The translations under genes and the position numbers were made by a program. This document shows positions 46,478-58,237 of a stretch of 64,000 bases of DNA, in pieces. Every line of letters begins with the position of its first letter. The first letter of the stretch is position 1. The stretch comes from Cytophagales bacterium (GTDB lineage: Bacteria > Bacteroidota > Bacteroidia > Cytophagales > UBA9547), in assembly GCA_033765235.1 (NCBI GenBank), contig JANRIG010000019.1, forward strand, positions 143,313 to 207,312. The letters are read 5' to 3'. The notes under the pieces were generated by a model. It did no database searches. It saw only the letters and a program-made list of their open reading frames with translations, and was not told where the DNA came from.

Positions 46478-46572
46478 AACATTGAAATTATATACTTAAT
46501 ACTATTGATTTTCAATGTTACTATACATTTAACATTGAAATTATATGCTTATTTGTTTGGATTATCAATGTT
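46478..46572. repeat. Two 42-bp direct repeat units, each bounded by inverted AACATTGA/TCAATGTT; operator-like
   Basis: The units lie at 46478-46519 and 46531-46572, with about 34 of 42 positions identical by my count. TACTTTTG (46579-46586) and ATG 46591 follow. Confidence 0.7.
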
Positions 46573-46590
46573 TATGTGTACTTTTGTGGC

Positions 46591-47763
46591 ATGAAAGATA
46601 TCATAAGAGATGACATAAAATTACTTTTGTATAAGTTGGGACAATCGCCCGCGGTAGCCATATTGGGTGCACGTCAGGTGGGTAAGACTACATTGGCAAG
46701 GCAGGCAGGCGATGCGGTAGCCAAAAAATACATTTATATGGATATGGAAAGCAGCAGCGACTTGGCACTGATAGGCGACAGCCCTGAAGACTATTTACAA
46801 TATCATCAAGATAAGCTCATCATCATAGATGAAGTGCAGGCATATCCTATATTATACAGCAGGCTTAGAGGATTGATAGACAAAAATAGAGTAAACGGCA
46901 GGTTTCTGCTTTTAGGCTCTGTATCACCCGGATTGGTAAAAGGTGTGTCGGAGTCGCTGGCAGGGCGCATATCATATCTTGATTTGTACCCCTTTAAGTT
47001 AAATGAAATAATAGACCAATATAATATTCAAAAACATTGGTTTAGAGGCGGATTTCCAAGAGCATTTTTGGCAGCCACAGACTATGATTGTACAGAGTGG
47101 ATGCAAGGTTTTACAAGGTCATATATAGAAAGAGACCTTTCGTCACTATTTGGTGTGAACCTCAATAGTGAAATCAATAGACGACTATGGATGATGCTGG
47201 CACACCATCACTCCCAATTATTCAATGCTGAGGAGCTCTCACGCTCATTAGGTGTGACTGCACCTGTGGTACACAAATATGTGGACTATATGATAGGTGC
47301 ATTTTTGATATATAAATTGCAGCCATGGTATATAAACTCCGGCAAGCGACTTAGCAAAGCACCCAAAATATACCTGCGAGACTCAGGTATACTACACTAT
47401 ATGCACCGCATACAGGATATAGATGCACTCATGAGCCACCCCATAGTAGGAGCATCATGGGAAGGATATGTGATAGACCAAATCATATATCACAAGCCGG
47501 CTGGTATAGATGTGTACTACTACCGCACATATAGTGGCACAGAGGTAGATGCTGTGCTGGTAAAGGGCAATATACCCATAGCCTCTGTGGAGGTGAAGCT
47601 GAGCAATGCACCTACTATTCCTAAAGGATTTTATATAGGTATAAACGATTTGCAAACGACCCACAACTACGTCATTACCCCTCATGCAGATTTGTACCCG
47701 GCTAAAAACGCATGGGTGTGCAACTTGGCACATTTTATATGCAAAGTATTGCCCAATTTATAA
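46591..47763 (+). CDS. AAA-type ATPase with DUF4143-like C-terminal domain
   Basis: ILGARQVGKTTLAR (Walker A) and LIIIDEVQ (Walker B). The C-terminal half resembles DUF4143. Confidence 0.75.
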   Translation: MKDIIRDDIKLLLYKLGQSPAVAILGARQVGKTTLARQAGDAVAKKYIYMDMESSSDLALIGDSPEDYLQYHQDKLIIIDEVQAYPILYSRLRGLIDKNRVNGRFLLLGSVSPGLVKGVSESLAGRISYLDLYPFKLNEIIDQYNIQKHWFRGGFPRAFLAATDYDCTEWMQGFTRSYIERDLSSLFGVNLNSEINRRLWMMLAHHHSQLFNAEELSRSLGVTAPVVHKYVDYMIGAFLIYKLQPWYINSGKRLSKAPKIYLRDSGILHYMHRIQDIDALMSHPIVGASWEGYVIDQIIYHKPAGIDVYYYRTYSGTEVDAVLVKGNIPIASVEVKLSNAPTIPKGFYIGINDLQTTHNYVITPHADLYPAKNAWVCNLAHFICKVLPNL

Positions 47764-47953
47764 ATATCATATAAAACTATTTTGACACTTAGACGGTGTA
47801 TAATAAATACACTTATGAAATATGATGCAGATGATACTACCGCATTAGGACATTTGTAAGATTATATAAAATTCAATTTTTTCATAAAACATTATCAAAA
47901 TCAGAAATATTTTTACCTTTGAAAGTTTTTACAAATAATCTAATAATAAATTC

Positions 47954-49282
47954 ATGTCAGGTTCAAAAATTAACATACAAAACGGGAAACTTGTAGTACC
48001 CGACCAACCTATCATTCCATTCATAGAAGGTGACGGCACCGGTCCCGATATATGGCGTTCATCTGTACGTGTGATAGACGCAGCAGTGCAAAAAGCATAT
48101 AGTGGCAAAAAACAAATCATATGGAAAGAAGTATTTGCAGGAGAAAAATCATTTAATAAATTCAATAATTGGCTTCCAGACGAAACTATAAATACTATCA
48201 AAGAATATTTAGTAGCCATCAAAGGACCTCTTACTACCCCTGTGGGCGGAGGTATTACGTCTCTCAATGTAGCACTTCGTCAAATGCTGGACCTATATGT
48301 ATGCTTGCGTCCTGTACAATATTTTTCAGGGGTACCCTCGCCTGTAAAAAAACCGGAGGCTGTAGATATGGTGATATTTAGAGAAAATACAGAAGACATA
48401 TATGCTGGTATAGAGTTTGTAGCAGGCTCTGATGATGCTGCAAAAGTATTGGCTTTTTTAGAAAAAGATTATCCCAAGTTTTTCAAAAAAATACGCTTTG
48501 GCTCACAAAGTGCTGTTGCAGAATGGTACAAAAATATAGGCAGTTCCGAAACTCCAAAAGTAGAAGTAGGTATAGGCATCAAGCCTGTGTCCAAAGCAGG
48601 TACCGAGCGGTTAGTAGAAGCTGCACTGCAATATTGTATTGATAATAAACGCAAATCTCTTACCATAGTACACAAAGGCAATATCATGAAATATACTGAA
48701 GGTGGCTTCCGGGATTGGGGCTATGGCGTGGCTGAGAAAAAATTTGCATCCAAAGTATATACATGGGCTCAATATGAGCGCACCAAAAAAGATAAAGGCG
48801 AAGATGCTGCCAATGAAGAGCAGAAAGCTGCATTGGCCTCTGGCAAAATATTAGTGAAAGATTCTATTGCAGATATTGCTCTTCAGCAAGTACTCACACG
48901 CCCCGAAGATTTTGATGTGATAGCCACACTCAATCTCAATGGCGACTATCTGTCAGATGCACTTGCTGCACAAGTAGGTGGCATAGGTATAGCACCGGGT
49001 GCTAATATTAATTATATTACAGGTCATGCCATATTTGAGGCTACCCACGGCACAGCTCCAAAATATGCAGACAAAGACATGGTGAACCCCGGCTCTGTGA
49101 TACTAAGTGGAGAAATGATGCTTCGCTATTTGGGCTGGACAGACGCTGCTGACCTTATACTCAAAGGGCTCAATGGTGCAATAGCCTCTAAAAGAGTGAC
49201 CTATGATTTTGAAAGACTCATGCAAGGTGCTACCAAAGTGAAGTGCTCAGAATTTGGGGATGAAATCATAAAAAATATGTAA
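47954..49282 (+). CDS. icd: NADP-dependent isocitrate dehydrogenase
   Basis: [31 protein letters not shown] and [11 protein letters not shown]. Confidence 0.93.
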   Translation: MSGSKINIQNGKLVVPDQPIIPFIEGDGTGPDIWRSSVRVIDAAVQKAYSGKKQIIWKEVFAGEKSFNKFNNWLPDETINTIKEYLVAIKGPLTTPVGGGITSLNVALRQMLDLYVCLRPVQYFSGVPSPVKKPEAVDMVIFRENTEDIYAGIEFVAGSDDAAKVLAFLEKDYPKFFKKIRFGSQSAVAEWYKNIGSSETPKVEVGIGIKPVSKAGTERLVEAALQYCIDNKRKSLTIVHKGNIMKYTEGGFRDWGYGVAEKKFASKVYTWAQYERTKKDKGEDAANEEQKAALASGKILVKDSIADIALQQVLTRPEDFDVIATLNLNGDYLSDALAAQVGGIGIAPGANINYITGHAIFEATHGTAPKYADKDMVNPGSVILSGEMMLRYLGWTDAADLILKGLNGAIASKRVTYDFERLMQGATKVKCSEFGDEIIKNM

Positions 49283-49307
49283 TTTTTATAGTATATCATT
49301 CATTATT

Positions 49308-49340
49308 AAGCTTGTTTTGTAAAAAAAGCAAGCTTTTTTT
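49308..49340 (+). terminator. icd intrinsic terminator
   Basis: AAGCTTG ... CAAGCTT stem followed by a T-run. Confidence 0.7.
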
Positions 49341-49346
49341 ATTTAT

Positions 49347-50231
49347 ATGGTCAAAAATTTATTATTTTCTGTTCTTATATTTTTCATTATTCAGGTATCT
49401 GAAGCTCAACAATCAGTAATCAAAACATTTGAAATAATAGAACTAAATACCCAAAAATCTGATACTATCTCTACTTTCAAAGGCAAAGTTTATATCAATA
49501 CAGACAAAATAGATACTACGTGGAGCAATATTAACGCATTGTTGACAAAGCAATTGGTCAAAAAGCATGGGATTAATGCCATATTCATTAACATAAACAA
49601 AGAAGTAGAATACTTTTATCGCTTTTCAGGCACATACATTAATCGTAAAAAAGAAAAAAAAATAAAAGACAGCTCTGAAATACGTACAAATAAGTTTCTT
49701 AAAATAATCTATTTCAGAAAAAAATTAGTTTCAGAAAACCAAATCAAATTCCCTACAGATGAAAACGGAAAAATAAACTTTAGTGGCACCATTCCACTTG
49801 ACTCAGCACAAAATATATATGCATGGGCCAACCTTTCAGCATGGATAAAAACCTTACTTACAGATAAGAAAGAAGATAAAATCACATTTTCTAACCAACT
49901 CATGGGGCAAATGGAGGTATCAAGTTCATTTAAAGTTTATATCACATCCATTTTCAGCAAGATACCACATGGTATTGTAAAATATAATGTATATATTGAG
50001 GCAAAAAACAGACAAGTAATATATTCATTTACTGATTTTAATTTTTATTATTATATACAAAACCGCAATATGCGCTATGAAAAAACAACCCATAAAAGCA
50101 AACCATTAGAAGACACAAAATTCCCTGGTTTTCAGCAAAGTTGGAACGGTCACAGGTATGAAACTATGACAAGAGTTAAAAATCAAACCTCATCATTAAA
50201 GCGATTTTTGCAAAATGTACCACTGAAATAG
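49347..50231 (+). CDS. hypothetical secreted protein (possibly DUF4468-like C-terminal half)
   Basis: Signal peptide ending EAQQ. No firm family assignment. Confidence 0.45.
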   Translation: MVKNLLFSVLIFFIIQVSEAQQSVIKTFEIIELNTQKSDTISTFKGKVYINTDKIDTTWSNINALLTKQLVKKHGINAIFININKEVEYFYRFSGTYINRKKEKKIKDSSEIRTNKFLKIIYFRKKLVSENQIKFPTDENGKINFSGTIPLDSAQNIYAWANLSAWIKTLLTDKKEDKITFSNQLMGQMEVSSSFKVYITSIFSKIPHGIVKYNVYIEAKNRQVIYSFTDFNFYYYIQNRNMRYEKTTHKSKPLEDTKFPGFQQSWNGHRYETMTRVKNQTSSLKRFLQNVPLK

Positions 50232-50342
50232 GTTAATCCTATCTCTCAAATTTCTAAGTACTCATACATCAGAATAAAATCATTTCTTACTTGAGCAAAC
50301 ATATTTGCATGATAATATGTATTTTTGCAAAAATTGAATTAA

Positions 50343-51671
50343 ATGTTTGAATCACTCTCACTCAGTATAGACAAAGCCATAAAAACCCTCAAAGGGCAAG
50401 GCAGAATATCAGATATAAATATAGCACAAACGGTAAAAGAAATACGAAAAGCACTGCTCGATGCCGATGTAAACTATAAAGTAGCTAAAGAAATCACAGA
50501 TAATATCAAAGACAAAGCACTTGGGCAAAAAATTTCTATATCTGTATCGCCCGGGCAGCTATTTACCAAAATTGTATCTGATGAGCTCACACAGCTCATG
50601 GGGGGCAGTAAGGTAGAAATAAATGTGAAAGGCGACCCTGCCATAATACTTATGTCGGGCTTGCAAGGCTCAGGCAAAACTACCTTCTCTGCCAAGCTTG
50701 CCAAAATGCTCAAAAGCCAAGGCAGACAAGTACTCCTCACTGCCTGTGATATATACAGACCTGCCGCCATAGACCAACTCAAAACACTTGGTGAACAAAT
50801 AGCTGTGGAAGTATATGCTGAGCCTGATAATAAAAATGCGCTGCAAATAGCTCAAAATGCTATTGTACATGCCAAAAAATTGCACAAAAACATTGTGATT
50901 GTGGATACTGCAGGTAGGCTTGCCGTAGATGAAGCCATGATGAAAGAGATAGAAACCATAAAAAACAGTATAAAACCCACCGAAACACTCTTTGTGGTAG
51001 ATGCTATGACAGGGCAAGACGCTGTGAATACCGCCAAAATATTTAACGAGAGAATAAACTTTGATGGTGTAGTACTTACCAAACTTGACGGCGACACGCG
51101 CGGAGGTGCTGCCCTATCGATAAAATATGAGGTAAATAAACCTGTAAAATTTATAGGTACCAGCGAAAAAATGGAAGGAATAGACCTATTTCATCCCGAC
51201 CGTATGGCCCAGCGAATATTGGGCATGGGCGATGTAGTATCTTTGGTAGAAAAAGCGCAGGCTGTATATAATGAGGAAGAAAGTAGAAAACTGAGCAAAA
51301 AACTATACAAAAATCAATTTGACTTTAATGATTTTTTGTCTCAAATAGAGCAAATCAACAAAATGGGCTCCATGAAAGATATTATGGGCATGATACCAGG
51401 CATGAAAGATGCAGCTCAAGAAATCAATACAGATGAAGATGTTTTCAAACCCATAAAAGCTATGATACAATCCATGACAACGCAAGAAAGGCTAAACCCG
51501 GATATACTCTCTGTATCAAGGCGCAAACGAATAGCCTCAGGCAGTGGCAACTCTATTCAAGATGTGAACAAATATATTAAACAGTTTGAAGATATGCGCA
51601 AAATGATGAAGCAGATGAACTCTAATAAGCAGATGATGCGCAATGTAATGTCGCAAATGGGCATGGCATAA
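50343..51671 (+). CDS. ffh: Signal recognition particle protein Ffh
   Basis: GLQGSGKTTFSAKLA, DTAGR, TKLDGDTRGGAALS, and a Met-rich C-terminus. Confidence 0.95.
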   Translation: MFESLSLSIDKAIKTLKGQGRISDINIAQTVKEIRKALLDADVNYKVAKEITDNIKDKALGQKISISVSPGQLFTKIVSDELTQLMGGSKVEINVKGDPAIILMSGLQGSGKTTFSAKLAKMLKSQGRQVLLTACDIYRPAAIDQLKTLGEQIAVEVYAEPDNKNALQIAQNAIVHAKKLHKNIVIVDTAGRLAVDEAMMKEIETIKNSIKPTETLFVVDAMTGQDAVNTAKIFNERINFDGVVLTKLDGDTRGGAALSIKYEVNKPVKFIGTSEKMEGIDLFHPDRMAQRILGMGDVVSLVEKAQAVYNEEESRKLSKKLYKNQFDFNDFLSQIEQINKMGSMKDIMGMIPGMKDAAQEINTDEDVFKPIKAMIQSMTTQERLNPDILSVSRRKRIASGSGNSIQDVNKYIKQFEDMRKMMKQMNSNKQMMRNVMSQMGMA

Positions 51672-51881
51672 TATTCACCAATATGCGTACATTTGGCTAT
51701 GCTTTCTTAGGCTTAAATTAATGTTTTTTTTGCAATAGTATTATACTAATATAGCGTTAGACAAATACAGTATAAATAGTAAAATATATTCAAGTAAATA
51801 CAATAGAAAATTCAATCATCATTTTTTGTATTTTATAGCATCTGTATGATATATAACCTAAAATTTTCATAATTTTGTCTC

Positions 51882-52421
51882 ATGAAGTCAGTTTTAGACC
51901 AATACAAAATCAATATCCAGAGCAAAACTCCGGGCATATATCATGAGCAATGGTTGATCAATGATGTATTTTTTAATGCGCTGCCCCAGCAAATAGTAAA
52001 TCATGGAAATGTACAAATAAATATCAATCTGCAAATATCTCAATCCAAAATAGAAGCCATGCTGTACATATCCGGTACTGTAGAACTCATATGCGATAGA
52101 AGTATGCAGCCATTTTCTCAAACAGTATCGGGAGTAGTGCCTGTCAGTATCATGATAGGTACAAATGATAATGAAATAGATGCCAATATTTTTACCATAA
52201 GTCAAAATACTACATTTATAGATTTTGCCCCTATTATATTTGACAATATAGCCACCATGATACCCATGAAAAAAATACACCCTTCGCTGCAAGAGGAAGA
52301 CGATAGCCTGCCGGGCGACAAACTGGTGTATACTACCCTGCACACCGACGATGCAATTGACACAGACCAATACATAGACCCACGATGGGAACAGTTAAAA
52401 AAATTAAAAGATATTTCATGA
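51882..52421 (+). CDS. DUF177 / YceD-like protein
   Basis: 179 aa, immediately upstream of rpmF-plsX, which is the conserved YceD position. The C-terminus is acidic. Confidence 0.65.
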   Translation: MKSVLDQYKINIQSKTPGIYHEQWLINDVFFNALPQQIVNHGNVQININLQISQSKIEAMLYISGTVELICDRSMQPFSQTVSGVVPVSIMIGTNDNEIDANIFTISQNTTFIDFAPIIFDNIATMIPMKKIHPSLQEEDDSLPGDKLVYTTLHTDDAIDTDQYIDPRWEQLKKLKDIS

Positions 52422-52470
52422 ATTAAAAATATCCACTAAATTTGCAGGTTCGTTTTAAAAATCAATAAAA

Positions 52471-52662
52471 ATGGCAAATCCAAAGTTTAAATTATCAAGA
52501 TCCAGGAGAGATAAAAGAAGAACACATGACAAGGCAAATTTGCCTACTGTAGCTACTTGCCCTACCACCGGAATGCCTCATCGCTATCACAGAGCACACT
52601 GGCACGAAGGTAAGCTATATTACAAAGGCAGAGTAGTAATAGAAAATGCAGTAGCCGTTTAA
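52471..52662 (+). CDS. rpmF: 50S ribosomal protein L32
   Basis: [21 protein letters not shown]. Confidence 0.9.
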   Translation: MANPKFKLSRSRRDKRRTHDKANLPTVATCPTTGMPHRYHRAHWHEGKLYYKGRVVIENAVAV

Positions 52663-52673
52663 TATAAGTATCC

Positions 52674-53618
52674 ATGAAAATAGCACTCGATGCCATGGGA
52701 GGCGACCATGCTCCCAAAGCTATACTTGAAGGTGCCGTACAAGCCCGCATGGAATTGCATTCTAATGAGATAATTATACTTGTAGGTGTGCAAGACCAAA
52801 TTGTCTCAGGGTTGCAATCATTAGGTGCCAATCCTGATCATTTCCCTATAGTACATACCTCTGAGGTTATAGAAATGGGTGAGCATGCCACACAAGCCAT
52901 CAAGACCAAGCAAGACTCCTCTATTGTAAAAGGGGTAGGTATGGTAGCCATGGGCAAAGCAGATGTATTTGCCTCCGCCGGCAATACAGGTGCAGCCATG
53001 GTAGCTTCAGTATTTATTCTCAAGCCCATAGAAGGAGTGCTGAGACCGGGTATTGCAGGTTTTTTGCCCAAAGCCAAAGGCGGATACGGCATTACACTCG
53101 ATGTAGGTGCCAATGCAGAGTGCAAACCGGAGGTACTGGCACAGTTTGCAGAGATTGGCAGTATTGTTTCCAAACATTTATACAATATAAATACCCCAAA
53201 AGTAGGTATTATGAGTTTGGGTACCGAAGAAGGCAAAGGCACCACCAACACCCAAGCTGCATACACTCTTATCAAAGAAAATAACAAAGTAAATTTTGTT
53301 GGAAATATAGAAGGTCGCAACGTATTTGACGACACAGTAGATGTCATCATTTGCGACGGCTTCACAGGAAATGTGATGCTCAAAATGGGAGAGTCTATTT
53401 ACCCATACTTGAAACAGCGCAACTTTGTAGACGATTTTGTCGAATTATTTAATTGGGAAAATGTAGGTGGCAGTCCCATAGTAGGTATCAATGGAAACGT
53501 AATAATAGGACATGGGGCATCCAATGCCAAAGCCATTAAAAATATGATAAAACTTTCATTGCAATGGGCAAAATCTGATATTACGAACAAACTAAAAACC
53601 GAATTAATTCAAAATTAA
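52674..53618 (+). CDS. plsX: Phosphate acyltransferase PlsX
   Basis: MKIALDAMGGDHAPKA, GNTGA and CDGFTGNV. Confidence 0.92.
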   Translation: MKIALDAMGGDHAPKAILEGAVQARMELHSNEIIILVGVQDQIVSGLQSLGANPDHFPIVHTSEVIEMGEHATQAIKTKQDSSIVKGVGMVAMGKADVFASAGNTGAAMVASVFILKPIEGVLRPGIAGFLPKAKGGYGITLDVGANAECKPEVLAQFAEIGSIVSKHLYNINTPKVGIMSLGTEEGKGTTNTQAAYTLIKENNKVNFVGNIEGRNVFDDTVDVIICDGFTGNVMLKMGESIYPYLKQRNFVDDFVELFNWENVGGSPIVGINGNVIIGHGASNAKAIKNMIKLSLQWAKSDITNKLKTELIQN

Positions 53619-53636
53619 TATTTCAACACACTATTG

Positions 53637-54635
53637 ATGAGTAAAATAAGCGCTGTGATATCAGGAGTAGGAGGCTATGTACCTGATTATGTACTTACCA
53701 ATCGTGAACTGGAAACTATGGTAGAAACCAATGACGAATGGATAGTATCACGTACAGGCATACGAGAACGAAGAATACTCAAAGACCCAACATTGGGTTC
53801 ATCGTTCATGGCTGAAAAAGCAGCCCGTATGGTACTTGAAAAAACCAACACCAATCCTGAAAGTATAGACCTAATCCTTTGTTCCACCATCACACCTGAC
53901 TATCTTTGCCCTGTCACTTCAAACATACTTTGCGAAAAACTTGGTGCCAAAAATGCATTCAGCTATGACCTTATGGCTGCTTGCTCAGGATTTTTATACA
54001 ACCTTTCTACAGGTACATCTTTTATAGAATCAGGACGTTACAAAAAAGCACTACTGGTAGGAGTAGACAAAATGTCTGTCATTGTCAACTACAAAGACCG
54101 CAATACTTGCATCATATTTGGTGACGGTGCAGGAGCTGTACTCCTCGAAGCCTCTGAAAACAGTGAATACGGCATTAAGGATATGATTATGCGTACAGAT
54201 GGATCAGGGGAACTTTTGCTCAACATCAAAGCAGGCGGTAGCAAATACCCATCCAGCAAACATACAGTAGAGAATAATGAGCACTATATATATCAAGAAG
54301 GTGCTACAGTGTTTAAAATTGCAGTGACAAAAATGGCAGAAGTCTCAACCGAAATTATGAACCGTAACCACCTTACCAAAGAAAGTGTACAATGGCTTGT
54401 ACCACATCAGGCCAACAAGCGCATCATAGATGCTACTGCAGACCGCATGGGACTACCGCTTGACAAAGTCACTATCAATATAGATAAATTTGGCAATACT
54501 ACCAACGGCACCATACCTTTATGCCTTTGGGATTTTGAGAAAAAATTTAAAAAAGGGGACAACCTTATATTGGCTGCATTCGGTGGAGGATTTACTTGGG
54601 GTGGTATGTACTTGAAATGGGCTTATAACAGTTAA
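53637..54635 (+). CDS. fabH: 3-oxoacyl-ACP synthase III
   Basis: NDEWIVSRTGIRERR, AACSGF, HQAN and GFGGGFTWG. Confidence 0.92.
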   Translation: MSKISAVISGVGGYVPDYVLTNRELETMVETNDEWIVSRTGIRERRILKDPTLGSSFMAEKAARMVLEKTNTNPESIDLILCSTITPDYLCPVTSNILCEKLGAKNAFSYDLMAACSGFLYNLSTGTSFIESGRYKKALLVGVDKMSVIVNYKDRNTCIIFGDGAGAVLLEASENSEYGIKDMIMRTDGSGELLLNIKAGGSKYPSSKHTVENNEHYIYQEGATVFKIAVTKMAEVSTEIMNRNHLTKESVQWLVPHQANKRIIDATADRMGLPLDKVTINIDKFGNTTNGTIPLCLWDFEKKFKKGDNLILAAFGGGFTWGGMYLKWAYNS

Positions 54636-54684
54636 TTTATGCATATCAAAATAAATCATAAATCAAAATTCAAAAAATCATAAT

Positions 54685-55251
54685 ATGGCATCTACAGGAG
54701 ATTTTAAACCCGGATATTGCTTTGAAATGAATGGAGACTTACTACAAATAGTTGATTTCCAACATGTAAAACCCGGCAAAGGTGGTGCCTTTGTACGAAC
54801 CAAACTTAAAAGCCTGAAATCAGGCAAAATATTTGAATATACTTTCAACTCCGGCGAAAAAGTGACAGAAGCCAGAGTAGAAACACGCGAATACCAATTT
54901 TTGTATAAAGAAAGCGATATGTATCACTTCATGCACAATGAAACATTTGAGCAAGTAAGCGTATCAGAAGATATAATCACAGGATATGAATATCTCAAAG
55001 AAGGGCAAGTATGCCTCCTATTAGTGCATGCAGATACTGAAACTGTACTCAGCGTTGAACTTCCGGCCTATGTGGTGCTCAAAATAGAATATACTGAGCC
55101 TGCCGTAAAAGGTAATACAGCCAGCAATGCACAAAAAAAAGCTACTCTTGAGACAGGAGCCATCATCAATGTGCCACTCTTTATAGAGCAAGACGAAATT
55201 ATAAAAGTAGATACCCGTGAGGGCAGATACTCCGAAAGAGTGAAAGCATAA
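54685..55251 (+). CDS. efp: Elongation factor P
   Basis: VDFQHVKPGKGGAFVRTKLK. Confidence 0.93.
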   Translation: MASTGDFKPGYCFEMNGDLLQIVDFQHVKPGKGGAFVRTKLKSLKSGKIFEYTFNSGEKVTEARVETREYQFLYKESDMYHFMHNETFEQVSVSEDIITGYEYLKEGQVCLLLVHADTETVLSVELPAYVVLKIEYTEPAVKGNTASNAQKKATLETGAIINVPLFIEQDEIIKVDTREGRYSERVKA

Positions 55252-55322
55252 AAAATATTTTGATATCATTCTATTAGAAAAAATCTATACATTGCACCCG
55301 TTTATATATTAAAGTATAAAAA

Positions 55323-55820
55323 ATGAAACCCAAAGAAATTCAAGAAATTTTAGAATTTATAGCCTCTTCAGGATTGGAGGAGGTAAATATTGAGACAGAA
55401 AATCTGAAATTGGCTGTGAAACGCTCTACCACCATACAGGTAAATCAAGCCCCTGTATTGCAGCCTCAAGTAATGACAATGCCTACACAAGTATTGGCTG
55501 CAAACGCTAATACATCTACCGCCTCAAAAGCAGAAGTAAAAGATAACCAACCTACACCTGCTTCCGGCGCAGATGCAAACTATAAAGTAATAAAGTCGCC
55601 TATGATAGGTACCTTTTACAGGTCGCCGGGACCCAATGAAGATGTATTTGTAAATGTGGGCGATGCCGTAAATGTGGGCACTACAGTCTGCATTATAGAA
55701 GCCATGAAATTATTCAATGAGATAGAATCCGAATTTGCCGGCAAAATCGTGAAAATATTAGTACAAGACTCCACCCCCGTAGAATTTGACCAACCACTGT
55801 TTATCATAGATCCATCTTGA
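55323..55820 (+). CDS. accB: Biotin carboxyl carrier protein of acetyl-CoA carboxylase
   Basis: CIIEAMKLFNEIESE (biotinyl-lysine motif). Confidence 0.9.
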   Translation: MKPKEIQEILEFIASSGLEEVNIETENLKLAVKRSTTIQVNQAPVLQPQVMTMPTQVLAANANTSTASKAEVKDNQPTPASGADANYKVIKSPMIGTFYRSPGPNEDVFVNVGDAVNVGTTVCIIEAMKLFNEIESEFAGKIVKILVQDSTPVEFDQPLFIIDPS

Positions 55821-55882
55821 TACATAGCATTATTAATATAGAATAAAATATTTTCGTTTATTTCAACAATAATATACTCACT

Positions 55883-57232
55883 TTGATTAAGAAAATACTT
55901 GTTGCCAATAGAGGCGAAATTGCACTCAGAGTAATACGTACTTGCAGAGAAATGGGCATAAAGACAGTAGCTGTGTATTCCACCGCCGACAAAGACAGCC
56001 TTCATGTGCGGTTTGCAGACGAAGCAGTGTGTATTGGACCACCCTTGAGCAAACAATCATATCTGAATATACTCAACCTCATATCTGCCGCCGAAATCAC
56101 TAATGCCGATGCAATACACCCTGGCTATGGATTTTTGTCCGAAAATGCAGAATTTTCAAGAATATGTACCGAACATAAACTCAAGTTTATTGGTCCGTCT
56201 CCCGAAATGATACTTGCCATGGGCGATAAATCTACGGCCAAAGCTACAATGAAAAAAGCAGGAGTGCCTACCATTCCGGGTTCAGAAGGATTGTTGAAAT
56301 CTGTACAAGAAGGCATAAGATTGGCTGCCAAAATAAAATACCCGGTAATCATCAAAGCTACAGCAGGCGGAGGAGGCAAAGGAATGCGCATTATAAATAA
56401 TGAATCTGAGTTTGAAAAAGCATGGAAAGATGCCAAAATGGAGGCAGAAGCATCCTTTGGCAACGATGGTTTGTATCTCGAAAAATTTGTAGAAGAACCA
56501 CGCCATGTAGAAATACAAGTACTGGGCGATGGTAAGGGGCATGTAATACACCTATCAGAGCGCGACTGCTCCATACAGCGACGCCACCAAAAATTAGTAG
56601 AAGAGACTCCATCACCCGTGATGACAGATAAACTTCGCGATGCCATGGGGCGTGCAGCTATAGCAGGCTCTAAGGCCATAAAATATGAAGGTGCAGGTAC
56701 TATTGAGTTTTTGGTAGACAAATACGGTGACTTTTTCTTTATGGAAATGAATACCCGAATTCAAGTAGAACACCCTGTTACAGAGCAAGTTACTGGACTT
56801 GATTTAATAAAAAAACAAATAGAAATAGCTTCAGGTATGCCACTGGAACGAAAAAACTATTTGCCACAGCAATACTCAATGGAGTGCAGAATAAATGCCG
56901 AAGACCCTGCCAACGGCTTCAGACCAAGCCCTGGCAAAATCACTAATATCAACTTTCCGGGGGGCAATGGCGTGAGAGTAGACTCACACGTGTACACCGG
57001 ATACACCATACCGCCCAACTATGACTCCATGATAGGCAAACTCATAGTCACGGCACCTACGAGAATAGAAGCCATAAAAAAAATGAAACGTGCCTTGCAA
57101 GAGTTTGTGATAGAAGGGATAAAAACCACTATACCATTCCATATCAAGTTGATGGATGATCTGGGCTTTCAATCAGGAAGATTTACCACAAAATACCTCG
57201 AACAAAACTTTGATTTTGAAAGTCTCAAATAA
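55883..57232 (+). CDS. accC: Biotin carboxylase
   Basis: [26 protein letters not shown] and [17 protein letters not shown] start as given in the track. Confidence 0.93.
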   Translation: MIKKILVANRGEIALRVIRTCREMGIKTVAVYSTADKDSLHVRFADEAVCIGPPLSKQSYLNILNLISAAEITNADAIHPGYGFLSENAEFSRICTEHKLKFIGPSPEMILAMGDKSTAKATMKKAGVPTIPGSEGLLKSVQEGIRLAAKIKYPVIIKATAGGGGKGMRIINNESEFEKAWKDAKMEAEASFGNDGLYLEKFVEEPRHVEIQVLGDGKGHVIHLSERDCSIQRRHQKLVEETPSPVMTDKLRDAMGRAAIAGSKAIKYEGAGTIEFLVDKYGDFFFMEMNTRIQVEHPVTEQVTGLDLIKKQIEIASGMPLERKNYLPQQYSMECRINAEDPANGFRPSPGKITNINFPGGNGVRVDSHVYTGYTIPPNYDSMIGKLIVTAPTRIEAIKKMKRALQEFVIEGIKTTIPFHIKLMDDLGFQSGRFTTKYLEQNFDFESLK

Positions 57233-57276
57233 TATTATTTAATTTACCCAATAAAAAAATTAAACCATATAGCCTC

Positions 57277-58218
57277 ATGAAAGTAACAGTAGTAGGAGCA
57301 GGAAACGTAGGAGCCACATGTGCAGATGTATTGGCATACAAAGAAATAGCAAACGAAGTAGTATTGCTCGATATCAAAGAAGGTGTGGCCGAAGGCAAAG
57401 CACTGGATATACTCCAAAAAGCACCCGTAGATCTTTACGACACTCGCATACAAGGCACCACCAACGACTATGCAAAAACAGCCAATTCAGAAGTAGTAGT
57501 TATCACCTCAGGGCTGCCTCGCAAGCCGGGTATGACTCGCGACGACCTGATAGCTACAAATGCCGGTATAGTAAAATCTGTGACTGAACAAGTAGTAAAA
57601 TATTCGCCCAATGCCATTATCATAGTAGTGTCAAACCCCTTGGATGTAATGACTTATGTGGCACATGCAGTATCAAAATTGCCTCGTCACAAAGTAATAG
57701 GGATGGCAGGTATATTAGACACTGCACGTTACCGCACATTTATTGCCGAAGAGCTCAATGTATCGCCCAAAGATATACAAGCCATGCTGCTTGGCGGACA
57801 TGGCGATACTATGGTGCCACTCGCAAGATATACCACACTGGCAGGTATACCCGTGACCGAACTCATACCGGCCGAAAAACTTGAACTTATAGTAGAGCGT
57901 ACCAAAAGAGGAGGCGGAGAGCTTGTAAAAATGATGGGTACCTCTGCCTGGTATGCTCCGGGCTCTGCTGCTGCACAAATGGTAGAAGCCATAGTAAAAG
58001 ACCAAAAAAGAGTAGTGCCTGTGTGTATGCAACTTACAGGAGAATATGGCTTACAAAATGTATACCAAGGTGTACCTGTAGTATTAGGCAAAAACGGTGT
58101 GGAGCGATTGATAGAAGTAAAACTAAACGCTGATGAGCAAAGCCTGATGAAAACATCTGCAGATGCAGTAAAAAATGTAATGGAAGTATATGACAAAATA
58201 AAAGATACATTAAATTAA
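57277..58218 (+). CDS. mdh: Malate dehydrogenase (LDH-like family)
   Basis: MKVTVVGAGNVGAT, ITSGLPRKPGMTRDDL and GGHGDTMVP. Confidence 0.92.
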   Translation: MKVTVVGAGNVGATCADVLAYKEIANEVVLLDIKEGVAEGKALDILQKAPVDLYDTRIQGTTNDYAKTANSEVVVITSGLPRKPGMTRDDLIATNAGIVKSVTEQVVKYSPNAIIIVVSNPLDVMTYVAHAVSKLPRHKVIGMAGILDTARYRTFIAEELNVSPKDIQAMLLGGHGDTMVPLARYTTLAGIPVTELIPAEKLELIVERTKRGGGELVKMMGTSAWYAPGSAAAQMVEAIVKDQKRVVPVCMQLTGEYGLQNVYQGVPVVLGKNGVERLIEVKLNADEQSLMKTSADAVKNVMEVYDKIKDTLN

Positions 58219-58237
58219 TCTATTCAATATCAATAAC

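Noticed and set aside
56125-56721. 198-aa minus-strand ORF inside accC
   Set aside because: It is antisense to a clear accC.
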